Source: Mytilus edulis
Lineage: Eukaryota
Assembly (NCBI RefSeq): GCF_963676685.1
Contig: NC_092355.1
Span: 1,054,001 to 1,118,000, forward strand
Direction: 5' to 3'
Length of the DNA: 64,000 nt
This document shows positions 1 through 13,737 of the stretch, piece after piece; positions within the stretch are counted from its first letter, which is position 1; each line of letters starts with the position of its first letter. The notes below the pieces were generated by a model, which was not told where the DNA came from, did not search any database, and saw nothing but the letters and a program-made list of their open reading frames with translations. The translations under genes and the position numbers were made by a program.

Positions 1-1499
1 ATTAGTTTATATGCGTTCGTGCAGCCTGATGATATTTCTAGCATTTGTATCAACACCTACATTGAATATAAATATATTTTATGGAGTAAAAACATCTGCA
101 TGCGATCCTCATTGATCTCACGATTTTCAATAATATATTACATTTACGGAATAAATTCTCAATAGAATTCGAATTAAAATTCTATAGGGTACTATTCGTG
201 TTTTTTTTAAATTGTTCTTTACCCTTAGACTTGAGTAAATAATTAAAGAACATGCAAATTATTTTCTTCAAATGTATAGTAAAGGCAACACATATGTGAA
301 GAGTTTTCGGCGTTATTGAAAGTAAATTAAAAACAAAAATCAAAATATTTTTTACTGATACATTGATCGTGTTCACAATTCATAGTTTGATCGTAATATG
401 ATCTTATATGAAGTATCACACTGCTCATTATATTCATAGATTAATGTTGAACAATGTTTATTGTCGATTTATGAGTTTGACTGTCCCTCTGGTATCTTTC
501 GTTCCTCTTTTTTGAAGAAGATATATTAACTTTTCATTAATTATAGAAATAATTGTTCAATTTTTACTCTGTCATTTTTTCTAATAGCTGCACACTCAAA
601 ATACTTCATATATTAATGTTTCTTCTTGAATTAACAAATCTTGATAATTTTTATTATAATGACAAAAAGACGCAATATCATATAATGAGATGCGTTGCTA
701 ATATAGGGTTTGTTAAATCAAATTGATATGTATTTTCTATTCTTAACGTATCGCGGTCAATTGTGTCGCCAGTAGTTATTGTCAACAAAGATATAATAAT
801 GTTCTTTTAGACAAAAAGGTATGACATGGCGCCAATGTTTTGAATGTATACGATGTAACTGACACTTAACTTCCCTTCTACAAAATGAAAAGTAGTCATT
901 CTGACAACATCTATCATTAAATTGTCTGAATGACTTGTATTAGTGGAACTAAAGGTGGTTTTATCTTTATGTAAACAGGATGTTTTTTTCTCAAACGTTG
1001 TACTTAAGGCAAAATGATATGTGACATTGTTGTGACTATTTAATTGACATTATCAGGATTCGATGCAGACCTCTGTATACTTTTGTTTTAAATATATAGT
1101 TCCTTTGGTTGAAAGAAAATCAAACACCTAGTTTAAAACAGATGGGAATTGATTGATTAATTATTTTTATTTTAAGTTTAGGTGGTATAACTAATGCACT
1201 AGGACAAACAACATCAAACTTGATTTGACAAAGACGTCATATGATCAAGTGAAATGTAACTGGATAAAAAATAGAAAGTTTGTCTTGCAGGAGATCACTT
1301 AGAGAATTTTAACAATGATCCGTAACATCCATAGAACATTAGGAACCTACGTCCAACTATGACAGAACATGGCTCCCATTTACCCTGTATGCCAACTTTT
1401 TCCATGTGAAATCATGAAAATGTTTGTATAAACATTGAACGGCAAAATTTTTCCTATGTGATATATACATTTTCTGACGTAAGACACGTAGAGCAATGC

Positions 1500-1870
1500 A
1501 TGTTTTTTTATTTTATTTTGATAGATGCTTTTGTGCTTTTTTGTTATATTGTTTCTTTTAAAATTGATACACAGTGATGACTGCTGTACCAATATTTTGA
1601 CTATTTTATTTATCATGTCTATTGTTCACGCATCGTTGTAAATATAACGGAATTTGATGAGACTGTCGTACAATTGAGAGGGTTATCGCTATAAAACCAG
1701 GTTCAATCCATCATTTTTCTACATTTGAAAATGCCTGTACCAAGTCAGGAATATGACAGATGTTGTCCATTCGATTGGTATGTGTTTTGTCATTATATTT
1801 CGCCATGTGAGTTGGGACTTTCCGATTGAATTTTCCTCGGAGTTCAGTATTTTTGTGATTTTACTTTTTT
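1500..1870 (+). repeat. Dispersed repeat family with GTACCAAGTCAGGAATATGACAG...GAGTTCAGTATTTTTGTG (also ~2400-2680, 4732-4860, 40200-40510)
   Basis: Several diverged copies within the window. Confidence 0.7.
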
Positions 1871-3399
1871 AAACAACAGTACATACCTCCTATTTAAGTT
1901 TAGGTTTTACTGCCAAAACCAAGAGATACACAAAGATCTATACTTAAATCAACCTAGGGGTTATGAATGCACACGTTATTTTACATCAGAACCGCTGTAC
2001 AACAGTTTGAATAGTTTCATTTTAATGATAAATAGGTGCATGCAGAATAATAATTTTTTCACATATAGATTTGTACAATTCTGCTGTGCTATTGGAATCA
2101 CTGTAATATTTGATTATTGGACATTTGTCAAATACATATATTCTAAATTCTGTTATATTTCAGTCATTATTAAGCAATCAGCACATTGCCTAGTCCAAAT
2201 CTTAAATAAAACAAGATGATCAAGGTGAGTTCAAAACATATAAGTAAAAGGTATATCTTCATAACAAACATTAATAATTGAAAAAGGTGGTAGATTTGTA
2301 TTAACTAAGTAACAAAAGTCAAATCAAAAACAATATCAAATCATAATCAATTGCAACGCTTCCTCAAATCAGTGATCGATATGCCATTTTGTTTTTCTTT
2401 GTTGACGTAGTTTTTTTTTATAGTGATACAGATTATATTACAATATTGACTGCAGTTTGCCTATTTTTGACATCGGTACTCTTTGCGTCTTTGTGTCTAT
2501 TTGCTTCGCAAACATATAGTCGTCAATGTATTGGAATGCCATGTAACTTTCGTAGAAGCGAGTGGTTTAACAGGCTATGAACCAATGATTAATCATTCAG
2601 TTTCTACATAAGGAAATGCATGTACCAAGTCAGGAATAAAACAGTAGATTTTACATTCATTTGTTGTGTTTGAGCTTTTAATTTATTGTCTCAAAGAAAT
2701 GCACTACGATTATTGTGTTCTCGGACCTATTGGTCATTCAATAAGTATAAATGTAGCATTTCAGCGTTACATCTAAGGATTTTTGAGATTCAATTATAAT
2801 GCGTCATAATGCCGTTAACACCTACCGAAATCAAATATTGTTTTTTTCAAATTGTTTTGTTAGTAATAACCTTATCAGACATTGATACCAATTAGCGATG
2901 TGTTAAGTTCAAATTAATGCTGACCACAGTAGCCGATACTTTTTATTTCAGGAACTCAGAACGTGACTACTGACTGTAAATATCACAAAACTATCTACGC
3001 TTAAAACAATATATAATAAACATAACCTTTTCACCGAAGAAAATCCATACAAAAACATGACACATACGGATGAAAGTCACGTAGCGTGAAATATTGTTTG
3101 ATATATGAAGACTTATAACGAGGCGACATTAGCCAAACAAACTTTCAGCGCTCATAAGTTCAAAAGAATGTCATCAACAACAAAAAATTTCATTCGTTGT
3201 GTGTCAATCGTTGAGAACGGATTGTGTTTCAAGATAGAAAAACCTTCAGTATGAAATAGTTTGCTTTTGTTCTCAACTTTTATAAATGTTATGATATGTT
3301 TGTTGCAATGATAATAACCATATGTCAATGTATTGAAAATTTTCATAATTAAAATAACCTCTTTATGACTTATTGTATTTTTTCAATTTAAAACAAGTA

Positions 3400-4678
3400 T
3401 TATTTATTTATCAATATAACCTGTTGTTTATTTATCAATATAACCTATTGTTTATTTATCAATATAACCTATTGTTTATTTATCAATATAACCTATTGTT
3501 TATGTATCAATATAACCTATTGTTTATGTATCAATATAACCTATTGTTTATGTATCAATATAACTTATTGTTTATTTATCAATATAACCTATTGTTTATG
3601 TATCAATATAACCTATTGTTTATTTATCAATATAACCTATTGTTTATGTATCAATATAACCTATTGTTTATGTATCAATATAACTTATTGTTTATGTATC
3701 AATATAACCTATTGTTTATGTATCAATATAACTTATTGTTTATTTATCAATATAACCTATTGTTTATGTATCAATATAACCTATTGTTTATTTATCAATA
3801 TAACCTATTGTTTATTTATCAATATAACCTGTTGTTTATTTATCAATATAACCTATTGTTTATTTATCAATATAACCTATTGTTTATGTATCAATATAAC
3901 CTATTGTTTATGTATCAATATAACCTATTGTTTATTTATCAATATAACCTATTGTTTATTTATCAATATAACCTATTGTTTATGTATCAATATAACTTAT
4001 TGTTTATTTATCAATATAACCTATTGTTTATGTATCAATATAACCTATTGTTTATTTATCAATATAACCTATTGTTTATGTATCAATATAACCTATTGTT
4101 TATGTATCAATATAACCTATTGTTTATTTATCAATATAACCTATTGTTTATTTATCAATATAACCTATTGTTTATGTATCAATATAACTTATTGTTTATT
4201 TATCAATATAACCTATTGTTTATGTATCAATATAACCTATTGTTTATTTATCAATATAACCTATTGTTTATGTATCAATATAACCTATTGTTTATTTATC
4301 AATATAACCTATTGTTTATGTATCAATATAACTTATTGTTTATTTATCAATATAACCTATTGTTTATGTATCAATATAACTTATTGTTTATTTATCAATA
4401 TAACCTATTGTTTATGTATCAATATAACCTATTGTTTATTTATCAATATAACCTATTGTTTATGTATCAATATAACCTATTGTTTATTTATCAATATAAC
4501 CTATTGTTTATGTATCAATATAACTTATTGTTTATTTATCAATATAACCTATTGTTTATGTATCAATATAACTTATTGTTTATTTATCAATATAACCTAT
4601 TGTTTATTTATCAATATAACCTATTGTTTATGTATCAATATAACTTATTGTTTATTTATCAATATAACCTATTGTTTA
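3400..4678. repeat. 24-bp minisatellite, ~53 copies
   Basis: Unit TATCAATATAAC(C/T)TATTGTTTAT(G/T). It explains the 454-aa YQYNLLF(I/M) ORF. Confidence 0.97.
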
Positions 4679-6842
4679 ACATATGGTTAACTGTAGTGAA
4701 TGATACATGTAAATCAATTGTCTTTATTAAAATATGACAGAATATGACAGTTCTTGTCCATTCGTTTTTGATATGTTTTGTCATTTGATTTTGCCATGTG
4801 ATTATGAACTTTCCGATTTGATTTTCCTCTGAGTTCAGTATTTTTGTGATTTTACTTTATTCAAATATATTATTTCAATGGATAAGAAAAAAAATCATCG
4901 ACTGCTGTCTAAAACAAATATTAACTTAACAAAAATTGCAGACTTAAATATTGATTCAATAAAAAAACAAATGTTCACAATAAAGTATTTCGCAAACATT
5001 AAAAAAAATTGACATACATAATTGATTTAAAATTATATCAACAGAATTTGACTTAGAAAAATAAATTGTTCTTTAACTATTTTATAGCAGTAAGAATTTA
5101 TCATTCATCGATGCCAATTAGAGATATGATAAGTTCATGTTTTGCTGACCATGGTAGTCGATGTTTGTTATTTTAGACATTAAAATCACGTTACTCGCTT
5201 TTAGTGGCACATAGCTATATACACTCAATACAATAAATAATAAACGTTACCTTTTCAACGAGGAAAATGACAACCACAACATGAACAAAGAATCGAAAAA
5301 AAATCACATATTTAGACATGATATGATACAGCCTTACAATGATTTTTTATTTATTATGCAGAATTGAAACGAGGCGGTATATACCAAGGAGATATTCAAC
5401 GCTCACGAGTTAAAAAAAATAACAATAAAGCTGTTCAACTAATGAATAAAGCTTTTAGAAAAGCAACCGTATTTTAAATCGGGATAGAGATTAATATATA
5501 ACTCGTAACACTATTTAACTGTTATTAATGTTTTTATCGGTCTTGACAAAGATTTCTAAAAAAATGATATACGTACAAACCTAATGGGACTGGTTATTGA
5601 CAACAATTGTATTTAATTAAATCCGTAGCGCAACTTCAAACAAAGTCTTCAATGATTTTTTTTAAATTACACGCTAGCATTTTCATTTATATAGAAGACG
5701 AATATTCTAAATAGGTGTACAAGATATAGCTCAGACAATGCAACCAATATACAATCTAGCTTTATATAAGACCTGAATGACCTATTTTTCTTTTCCACAT
5801 GGTGTCAAAACAGTATAACCTTCTCTATGTATTAAGTTAGAAAGACATATATCTGTAATAAAGTAGTGGAGGCACATCCCTAGTTTTGTCATGGGAGTGT
5901 TTATTTTAGATAACTATGTTATATTCATATAAGACTATACTAACTAACACTATATTACATTTAGTTGGGAAATTAGGCCATAAACACGAATTAAACACAA
6001 AGAAGGAACTTCTTCATTTTAATCATTTACAAAAGATTCCAAAGATGATTTTCATTATGCTATGATATCTTATTTCGCTTTTTATTTCATGTGAGCTACC
6101 TCTTGGTTCTGCACGTTAACATTTTTAAAGTGAGCTCATGAATCCTTTCACAAATTAATCATATCTAAGTATTAGTGAAACAAGTATCAGTCTAAAATTG
6201 TATATGCCTGTATCACAATATCAAGCGATATCAAAATCTTATTTACTGAATTTATCAAAGATAATCAACAAATGAAGAAAAGTACATCTTGTATGTAGCT
6301 TCATATGACAAGGATTTGGATTGAACTGCCAACATTTCAGTAATCCTACAACACTTCCACTTACTAGTTTTTGGTGGTGTTCCTGTTGTATATTTTTCTA
6401 TGTTGTGTCATGTGTACTATTGTTTTATATGTTTGTCTTTTCATTTTTAGTAATGGTGTTGTCAGTTTATTTTCGATTTATGAGTTTGACTGTCCCTCTG
6501 GTATCTTTCGTCCCTCTATTACAAACAACACACTTGCCTAACAAATATTCATACGAACGATATGACAAAAATTCTAGCAGATAAAAGAAAGATTGCAAAG
6601 AGCAAACCGTACATTAACTTTGTTAGTACAGTAATTTCAAAAGGTGGTGGACAGAATATCAGTTACAATTTAAAATTAACGCAATAATCTTATATCTTCT
6701 CCGAGTATTAACGTTTGCGTTTCTCTGTGCAATAACTTCGATAAATTTCCCTCAATACTATAATTGGTGTAACACTAGTGATTGGCAATAGCTTCACCGT
6801 GAATCTGAGTATTGCAAATAAGACCTGCTAATGTGTCTTTTA

Positions 6843-7340
6843 GATCCTCAATTTTGGATCCTCAATGCTCTTCAACTTTGTACATGTTTGGCTTTATAAA
6901 TATTTTGAGTATCACTGATGAGTCTTATGTAGACGAAACGCGCATCTGGCGTACTAAATTATAATCCTGGTACCTTTGATAACTATTTACACCACTGGGT
7001 CGATGACACTACTGGTGGACGTTTCGTCCCCGAGGGTATCACCAGCCCAGTAGTCAACACTTCGGTGTTGACATGCATATCAATAATGTGGTCATTTTTA
7101 TAAATTTCCTGCTAACATAACTTTGCATTTTTCGAAAAACTAAGGAATTTCTTATCCCAGGCATAGATTACCTTAACCGTATTTGGCACAACCTTTTGAA
7201 ATTTTGGATCCGCAATGCTCTTCAACTTTGTACATGTTTGGCTTTATAAATATTTTGATATGAGCGTCACTGATGAGTCTGATGAAGACGAAACGCACGT
7301 CTGGCGTACTAAGTTATAATCCTGGTACCTTTGATATCTA
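6843..7340 (+). mobile_element. Retrozyme of a second family (~355-nt unit) with hammerheads at 6909-6952 and 7264-7307
   Basis: GCGUCA-CUGAUGA-GUCU..AGAC-GAAACGC(A/G)C(G/A)UC^UGGCGU occurs twice. Absent from the paralogous site near 17535. Confidence 0.82.
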
Positions 7341-8446
7341 TTAACAAAAGTCTAAATTATTCAACTTCCGATCGTTTGTGGACTGGCTATATGTTAAAGC
7401 AGTTCGATCTGAGTATAACTAATCTGTTTCAGTAGATAAATCACACTTTGCTATTCACATCTTTTGAACTTATCAAAAATAATTATCAAAGTGAAGTTAT
7501 GATGTTATCAGTACATTCTGTAACGTGAATTTCGGAAACATTGCGAACTTTTTCAATTAAATAGCAATAACATCAAAATTATTACAATGAACACAAACTG
7601 GGGCTTTACTTATGCCTGGGTTTACACTAATTTACCGCAGATAGGACTCATTCAACACTTGCTGAGAGAACTTTAGCCTAACACCTGTTTAACTTTCAAA
7701 TGTGAATACACTACCATTTTCAATACATATATGTATGCCTACATGTAAAATAAATAACTGTTCATTTAAAAAAAAAACCATACCTATATAATTGACCAAC
7801 ACAGAAACATAAACTAACAATATTGGTCTAAACTATGTACTTTTTATTATTCGTAGAACTATGAGATGGGTAGCTAGCCTAAGTGAAAATGAAAATAATT
7901 GTACTTGTCATTCATTTTAATCATCGTTCATCCATTATATTCAACTGAATGGTAATTTGGAAAAATATGTTGTTAAACTATCGAACTTATGGAGAAATAA
8001 AGATGACTGTTAAATACGTATCTTTCAATATAATTGATGATTAGCCTCTGTTGTATTCTATCTCCATTAACGAGATATGTATTAAAGAAAGTACGGTTAA
8101 AAGCATGGAATTTGCTTTTGAAAATCATTAAATGATATAATGCTATAGCAAAGAAAAGGATTTAAAAAGACACAAGAGAAACATAAAACTTTACTATGGC
8201 AATAAATTGTACAAGAACAAAAAGCTATCGGATTTATTATTGAATTCAAAAAATAATAAAACATAAAAGATTGGTATCAGTATCGCAATTAAAAGAAAGC
8301 AGACACATACATAGTTCATTATCATGTAAATGAAACACTGAAGATTTATGTCTTATTCATTACTAGTAACTATACAACAACCATTAAAGCAACAGGTCAT
8401 TCCTTTGATATGGCAGTGATTAAACCAATACATGTTCATAATTTAA

Positions 8447-8719
8447 GGCGGTACCCAACACGTTGACTAAAATTAATTTGGCTCGTTTAATTTTCATAAA
8501 ATTTTGACAAAATATTAACTGTGACCCTTTGACAAAAATATAAAAATTCCAAAAAAATTGAACCAACCAATTTATCAAAAAATTTACACTGGTTATATAG
8601 CAGTTTGACAAACACTAATTTTGATCATGGAGAAACTTAATATACCCTGAACAACACAACGTAATTAAAACGTTTATCTAATTTTACAGAGTTATCTCCC
8701 TGTAGTGTTAGGTACCACC
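8447..8719. mobile_element. TTAA-target MITE (Kolobok-like), 273 bp; duplicate at 19334-19606
   Basis: TTAA-GGCGGTACCCAACAC...GTGTTAGGTACCACC-TTAA. Absent in the paralog near 29670. Confidence 0.85.
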
Positions 8720-8776
8720 TTAAACACGACCATAGTTTCATGATTACGAATAAAAGATATATCAACACAATACTAA

Positions 8777-8919
8777 ATAATGACACAAAAATCAAATCTC
8801 CCAAAGATGGTTAACTGCGACAACATAATGACACAAAAAACAAATCTCCCAAAGACGGTTAACTGCGACAACATAATGACACAAAAAACAAATATCCCAA
8901 AGACGGTTAACTGCGACAA
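8777..8919. repeat. 48-bp tandem repeat, ~3 copies
   Basis: TAATGACACAAAAAACAAATCTCCCAAAGACGGTTAACTGCGACAACA. Single copy in the paralogous block near 19665. Confidence 0.85.
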
Positions 8920-11323
8920 TCATTGAACATTAGAAACATGTCAGTTTATTTTCGATTTATGAGTTTAATTGTCCCCTTGATATCTTTCGTCCCCCTTTTT
9001 TTAATTTTTCTCCTTACACCAAAATAGTGATTAAACAATTAAACACCTCATCAAATATATATCTTCTGTTTACAACATTAAACGCTAAAGTCAAGTAATA
9101 TCTTTATTTCCCGATATATGATACAAAAACTGCTACTTTGTTTTTGTTGATTATTTTTACACACCACAAATAAATAATGTCGTCATTGAGCAAAAACGAT
9201 AGATGTAAAACAACAACATTAACAGCTCGCCACCTTCGGATTGAACATTTTCTATCTAGTGTCTGGTCATCTTTACATTAGTGTGTTTATATTTTTGTTT
9301 TTATACCATAGTGTTACTTTGAGCATTTCATTTACCAGGATGTATAAAAACACATGTAACACAAGGTTCCTGTCGTTTAACTCCCTTCAATAAGTTTTAT
9401 CAATTTACCATCAAAATCACATTCAACATTTTTTAACGGCTAACTATTTGTAAAGACCTGTCAAAGATAACAGTGACACAACAGTAAATGATATGAATAA
9501 TTCATACTGTTTATGACGTATTGGTTTCATATTAGCGCTATACGTATAAACATCATATTGCAAAAATCAGAAAAGATTAAAGAACATTGTACTAGGCTCG
9601 AAGGAAGATACAATTTATGATTTCTATCATATGATGTTTTTTTTATCCGAATCAATAAAATGAAACTCAAATTAAATTTGAAAACCAATTATCTGATCAG
9701 GTAAAATAGTAATACAATTTTATATTAAGACCATGATTTCTTTATGTCATTTTCCTCTTTCACATGGTGTAATTTCTGCATGTAAATTGAAATTTTTACA
9801 TAAATTTTAGCTTAGAAATATCAATTCAACGAATATACACTCTAACACTGTTGATTGTTTTTGAAACAGGTGCAACCCACCATTTTTTCCTTTAAATCAA
9901 ATAATAGTTTGCATCAAGTCTGAAGATTGTTTTGTCAACAGATTTTCTTTACATTAAAATATATCCTACATGTTGGCCCCTTTTAACGGTGGCTCAACTT
10001 AAACAATAGACAAGAAGAAAGTACAGCTGCAGGTGCATGACATATAAAACACAGTGTATGCGTATTATGATTATTGGGTGCAAAAACATTTTTATTATCT
10101 TTTATAAAACGATCACTACTAATAAAGAAGCGAAGTGGTGCATTAAAATTCATATTCAACCCATGATGTCAGACAACAACTTATAAAACAACTCCAAAAC
10201 CTGAAATTTGAAAAAATAATATCGCAGTTTCCCTATTTCATAAAGCAAGTACTAGATTTGCACCTTGTACACATGATTAGATTTAAGTCGTTTGTGGGCC
10301 TTGTATTGCGGCATGATATACCAAATGTTATACGCATTACTGTATTGTTTTTATTAAATTTTAGTTGTATTTAAAACTTATGTGAGAAAAATAAGAGAAA
10401 CACCAGAGGTCAATTTTGATTATCAAAGACGGACGAGGATAAATATCTTGAAAACAAATCATAATAGCATCAAACATAAGATTTACAACGAGAATTATAA
10501 ATCAATTGAAATAATGCTAAAATAAACAATCCAAAAATTACTTTAGACAAATGGCTGTGATATATTTATTGGTAGTGTTAAAATCAATTTGAAAGTGATT
10601 AATTTTTTCTCAAGAAACCGTTTTGATGGGTGACAAAATTATTGTTACAGTTTTGGAAGATGTCTTTAATACAAATGTGTTTTTATTAATTGCCATGTGT
10701 TCTTTATCTATATTTTTAATTTGCAATAAAGGACTACTAAACAGGGTTTATGTGAATTGGTTAGATTTTTTAAACAGATGCATTGCAGGCATTAATTCAT
10801 TTTTTGATAATTATATTTAAGTGTCGTATTAGGTTCTATAACAAAAACGTTTTAAGAACGGTAAATCATCCATAAACTTTTTTTAAGGTATATATCAAAT
10901 AAACATTTTTAAATAAGGTAGAAATACATGTAGTTTCAGAATCAACTACAGATTTCAAGTATGACAACTTTATTTTACGCTTGATAAGAATGACATTATA
11001 ATTAAAATAATGTCAACGAACTTAAACGTAAAATATACAAAAAACGTATGTCATTAACAACTTACAAATCAAAAGGTTTCAACCAAAAGAATGAGTTGAC
11101 AACTACTTTCTCATTCCTGACTTGGTACAATTATTTTCCTAAGAGAAATATTGTATTTCAATTATGGTTTACCTGTTATAACGTCATCAGGCGCGTGCGC
11201 TAATTAGATGAGTTTCGATGTTTATAGAACAAAAGTTCGTGTTGATGTTCACTTAAATGAACGCAGATTCTTATTTCTGACACCCAAATCAGGCCTTATG
11301 AAATCTGGTATCACGGGGTTATA

Positions 11324-12594
11324 TACTAGACAAAAAAGGAAACGTGACATGCTTATAAGATCATTTAAATTTTTTTAAACACAAAATTGATAACAAAAAT
11401 TTAATGGAATAGTTAGCTAACATGATTTTGAAGAGAACAATAACACATTTTCTTTATTGAAAACAATATTGCACATTTTCAGACAATTTTAAGAGGACGA
11501 GTACAGAATTCGGGTTAACACGTCAATAATTTGTATGACCACCTCTTGCATTTATGACCGCCTGACACCTACGTCGCATGGAATCAATAAGACGTCGAAT
11601 AAAATCTTGAGGGATGTTGTTCCATTCCCTGAAAAGTGCTGTTCGTAGCTGGGTTGATTTTGACTATTTCTGATGCGTCGTCCAAGTTCGTCACAAAGAT
11701 GTTCAATTGGTGATAAATCTGGAAACATTACTGGCCAAGGCAACAAACGAATATGGTTATTCTCCAAAAAGGTCATTGCAATGTGTGCCACGTGACAACG
11801 GGCGTTGTCCTGCTGAAAAATGTGGTTAAAACGATGTCTTCGGAGAAACGGGTGAACAACTAGAGCCAAAATTTCGTCCATATACCTTGTTGCATTTAGG
11901 TTACCAACGATGATTTTGAGCGCGGTGCGTTCCTGGTAGGTAATTCCGCCCCATACCATGATTCCGCCACCACCAAACCGATCTGTTTCCTGCACGCACG
12001 CATACAAAAATCGTTCATTGCGTCTCCGGTAGACCCTGGCTCTGCCGTCGCTAAATTTCAAGTTGAGTTTAGATTCATCGGTAAAAAGAACCTGTCTCCA
12101 TGTTTGCCTATTCCATCGAATCCGTACCCGTGTCTATTGAAGTCGCGCCATCCTGTGATGCTGCGTAAGGATAGGTCCCTTCAATGGACGACAAGCTCTT
12201 AGACCAACTTGACGCAATCGGTTACGAACTGTTTGAGCAGATATTCTGTTGTTATGTCTTCCGTGGGTTTGTCGTGCAGTTTGTGACGCGTTTACAAATC
12301 GATTTCGGAGATGAATAATGCGGATTTGTCTGTATAAACATAACGTCGTTTAACGTGGTCTGCCACTACGAGGGCGATCATTTGTTGTGCCAGTATCTCT
12401 CAGACGAGATTTAAGCCTTCTAGAGACATTAAAATGATTTGCAACCTGTAATTGGGTCATTCCAGTTTTTATAAATGAGTAAATTTTATAGATAAATCAT
12501 TCCGGTTACTAGTTTTAATCATGAAAATATTTGAAATTAAAATATGTGATATTTTCAAATAAAAAACCAATGTTACATTTTTTTTTGCCTAGTA
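11324..12594 (-). mobile_element. Tc1-family DNA transposon (DD34E), inactivated
   Basis: Motifs LFTDES, QDNARCH-x-PDLSPIE with 34-aa spacing. TIRs TACTAG(A/G)CAAAAAA with TA flanks. In-frame TAG upstream of the catalytic domain. Empty site near 44780. Confidence 0.92.
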
Positions 12595-12771
12595 TATATC
12601 CTAGAAAATAAAATATAACTAATATAACCTTTTCATCGATGCAAACAAGACAAAAATAATATTCATAAAAGTCACATGCTGCAGACGGATGAAATCATCA
12701 GGATATTAAGATCAGTGTATCCAAACAGAATTCATTCTACTGCAAGCTCTTACAAAAAGGAAGCATATTGA

Positions 12772-13108
12772 ATACCCGTTTCACAGATGATATCAGATAT
12801 CTTTATTATGTCGTAACTTCACTTTTCACAGATGTGAACTACAGAATTGATTTAGACTATTTACCGAACTTGTAGTAACATAAGCAACAAGACGGGTGCT
12901 ACATGTGGAGGAGGATCTGCTACCCTTCCGAAGCACCTGGCATCACCCCTGTTTTAGGTGGGGTTCGTGCTGCTTAGTCTTTACTTTTCTATGTTGTTTT
13001 TCTGTACTTTTGTTTGTCTGTTTGTCTTTTTATTTTGAGCCACAGTGTTGTCAGTTTATATTCATTCTATGAGTTTGACTGTCCCTGTGGTATCTTTTGT
13101 ACCTCTTA
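12772..13108 (+). repeat. Dispersed repeat family ending GAGTTTGACTGTCCCTCTGGTATCTTTCG (also ~22595-22930; 3' pieces at ~460, 6366, 17346, 27763, 33460)
   Basis: Multiple 5'-truncated copies share one 3' end. Absent at the paralogous site near 32590. Confidence 0.7.
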
Positions 13109-13548
13109 TATAGAAATGAGAAATTTGTGATTTAAAATTCGAGTAAAACTTACAACACAATACAAAAGGGACGAAAAATCGGAAACCATTAATTTTCACC
13201 GATTTGAGTCAAACCTCATCTATAACATACTTAAACGTACATCAAAAATCTATAAGAACTGAGATCGATAATATATATAATCGTTTAGTGTGTATTTGTG
13301 TGTAGATGCTAGCGACATAAACACAATTATAGATAGAAAAAAGAAAGTGAACTCGTGCAATGATTGAAGGTATGTTTAATTTCATGTTAAAGATGAAAAT
13401 TATACGTTTGTACTCGTTTTTAGCCATATAAGAAATATTTCTTGATGATCGAGTCAGTCAATCAAATGATGTATCTTTTTTGTAACTTTCAATGTTGACA
13501 AGTCTTTTCTATTAATTTAACACGTATATTGCATGCGTTTAAATAAAT

Positions 13549-13737
13549 AAGGCCGTTAGTTTTCTCGTTTGAATTGTTTTACCTTGTCTTTTCGGGGCCT
13601 TTTGTAGCTGACTATGCGGTATGGGCTTTGCTCATTGTTGAAGGCCGTACGGTGACCTATAGTTGTAAATGTCTGTGTCATTTTGGTCTTTTGTGGATAG
13701 TTGTGTCATTGGCAATCATACCACATCTTCTTTTTTA
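13549..13737 (+). repeat. Dispersed ~190-bp repeat family (also ~23375-23562, ~36320-36507, inverted at ~26270-26500)
   Basis: GGCCGTTAGTTTTCTCG...GCTGACTATGCGGTATGGG...CATACCACATCTTC recurs in both orientations. Class uncertain; possibly Helentron-derived. Confidence 0.75.

Noticed and set aside
3373-4737. 454-aa repetitive ORF
   Set aside because: It is the translation of a 24-bp minisatellite, with a TTG start and no other gene features.
6321-6584. Recurrent hydrophobic short ORFs (6321, 13574, 17301, 23399, 33461, 44046, 44396)
   Set aside because: They translate dispersed non-coding repeats or retrozymes, so recurrence reflects repeat copy number.
9867-10270. Possible DNA transposon starting CAGGTGCAAC
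   Set aside because: It interrupts block homology, but I could not define a matching end or TSD.
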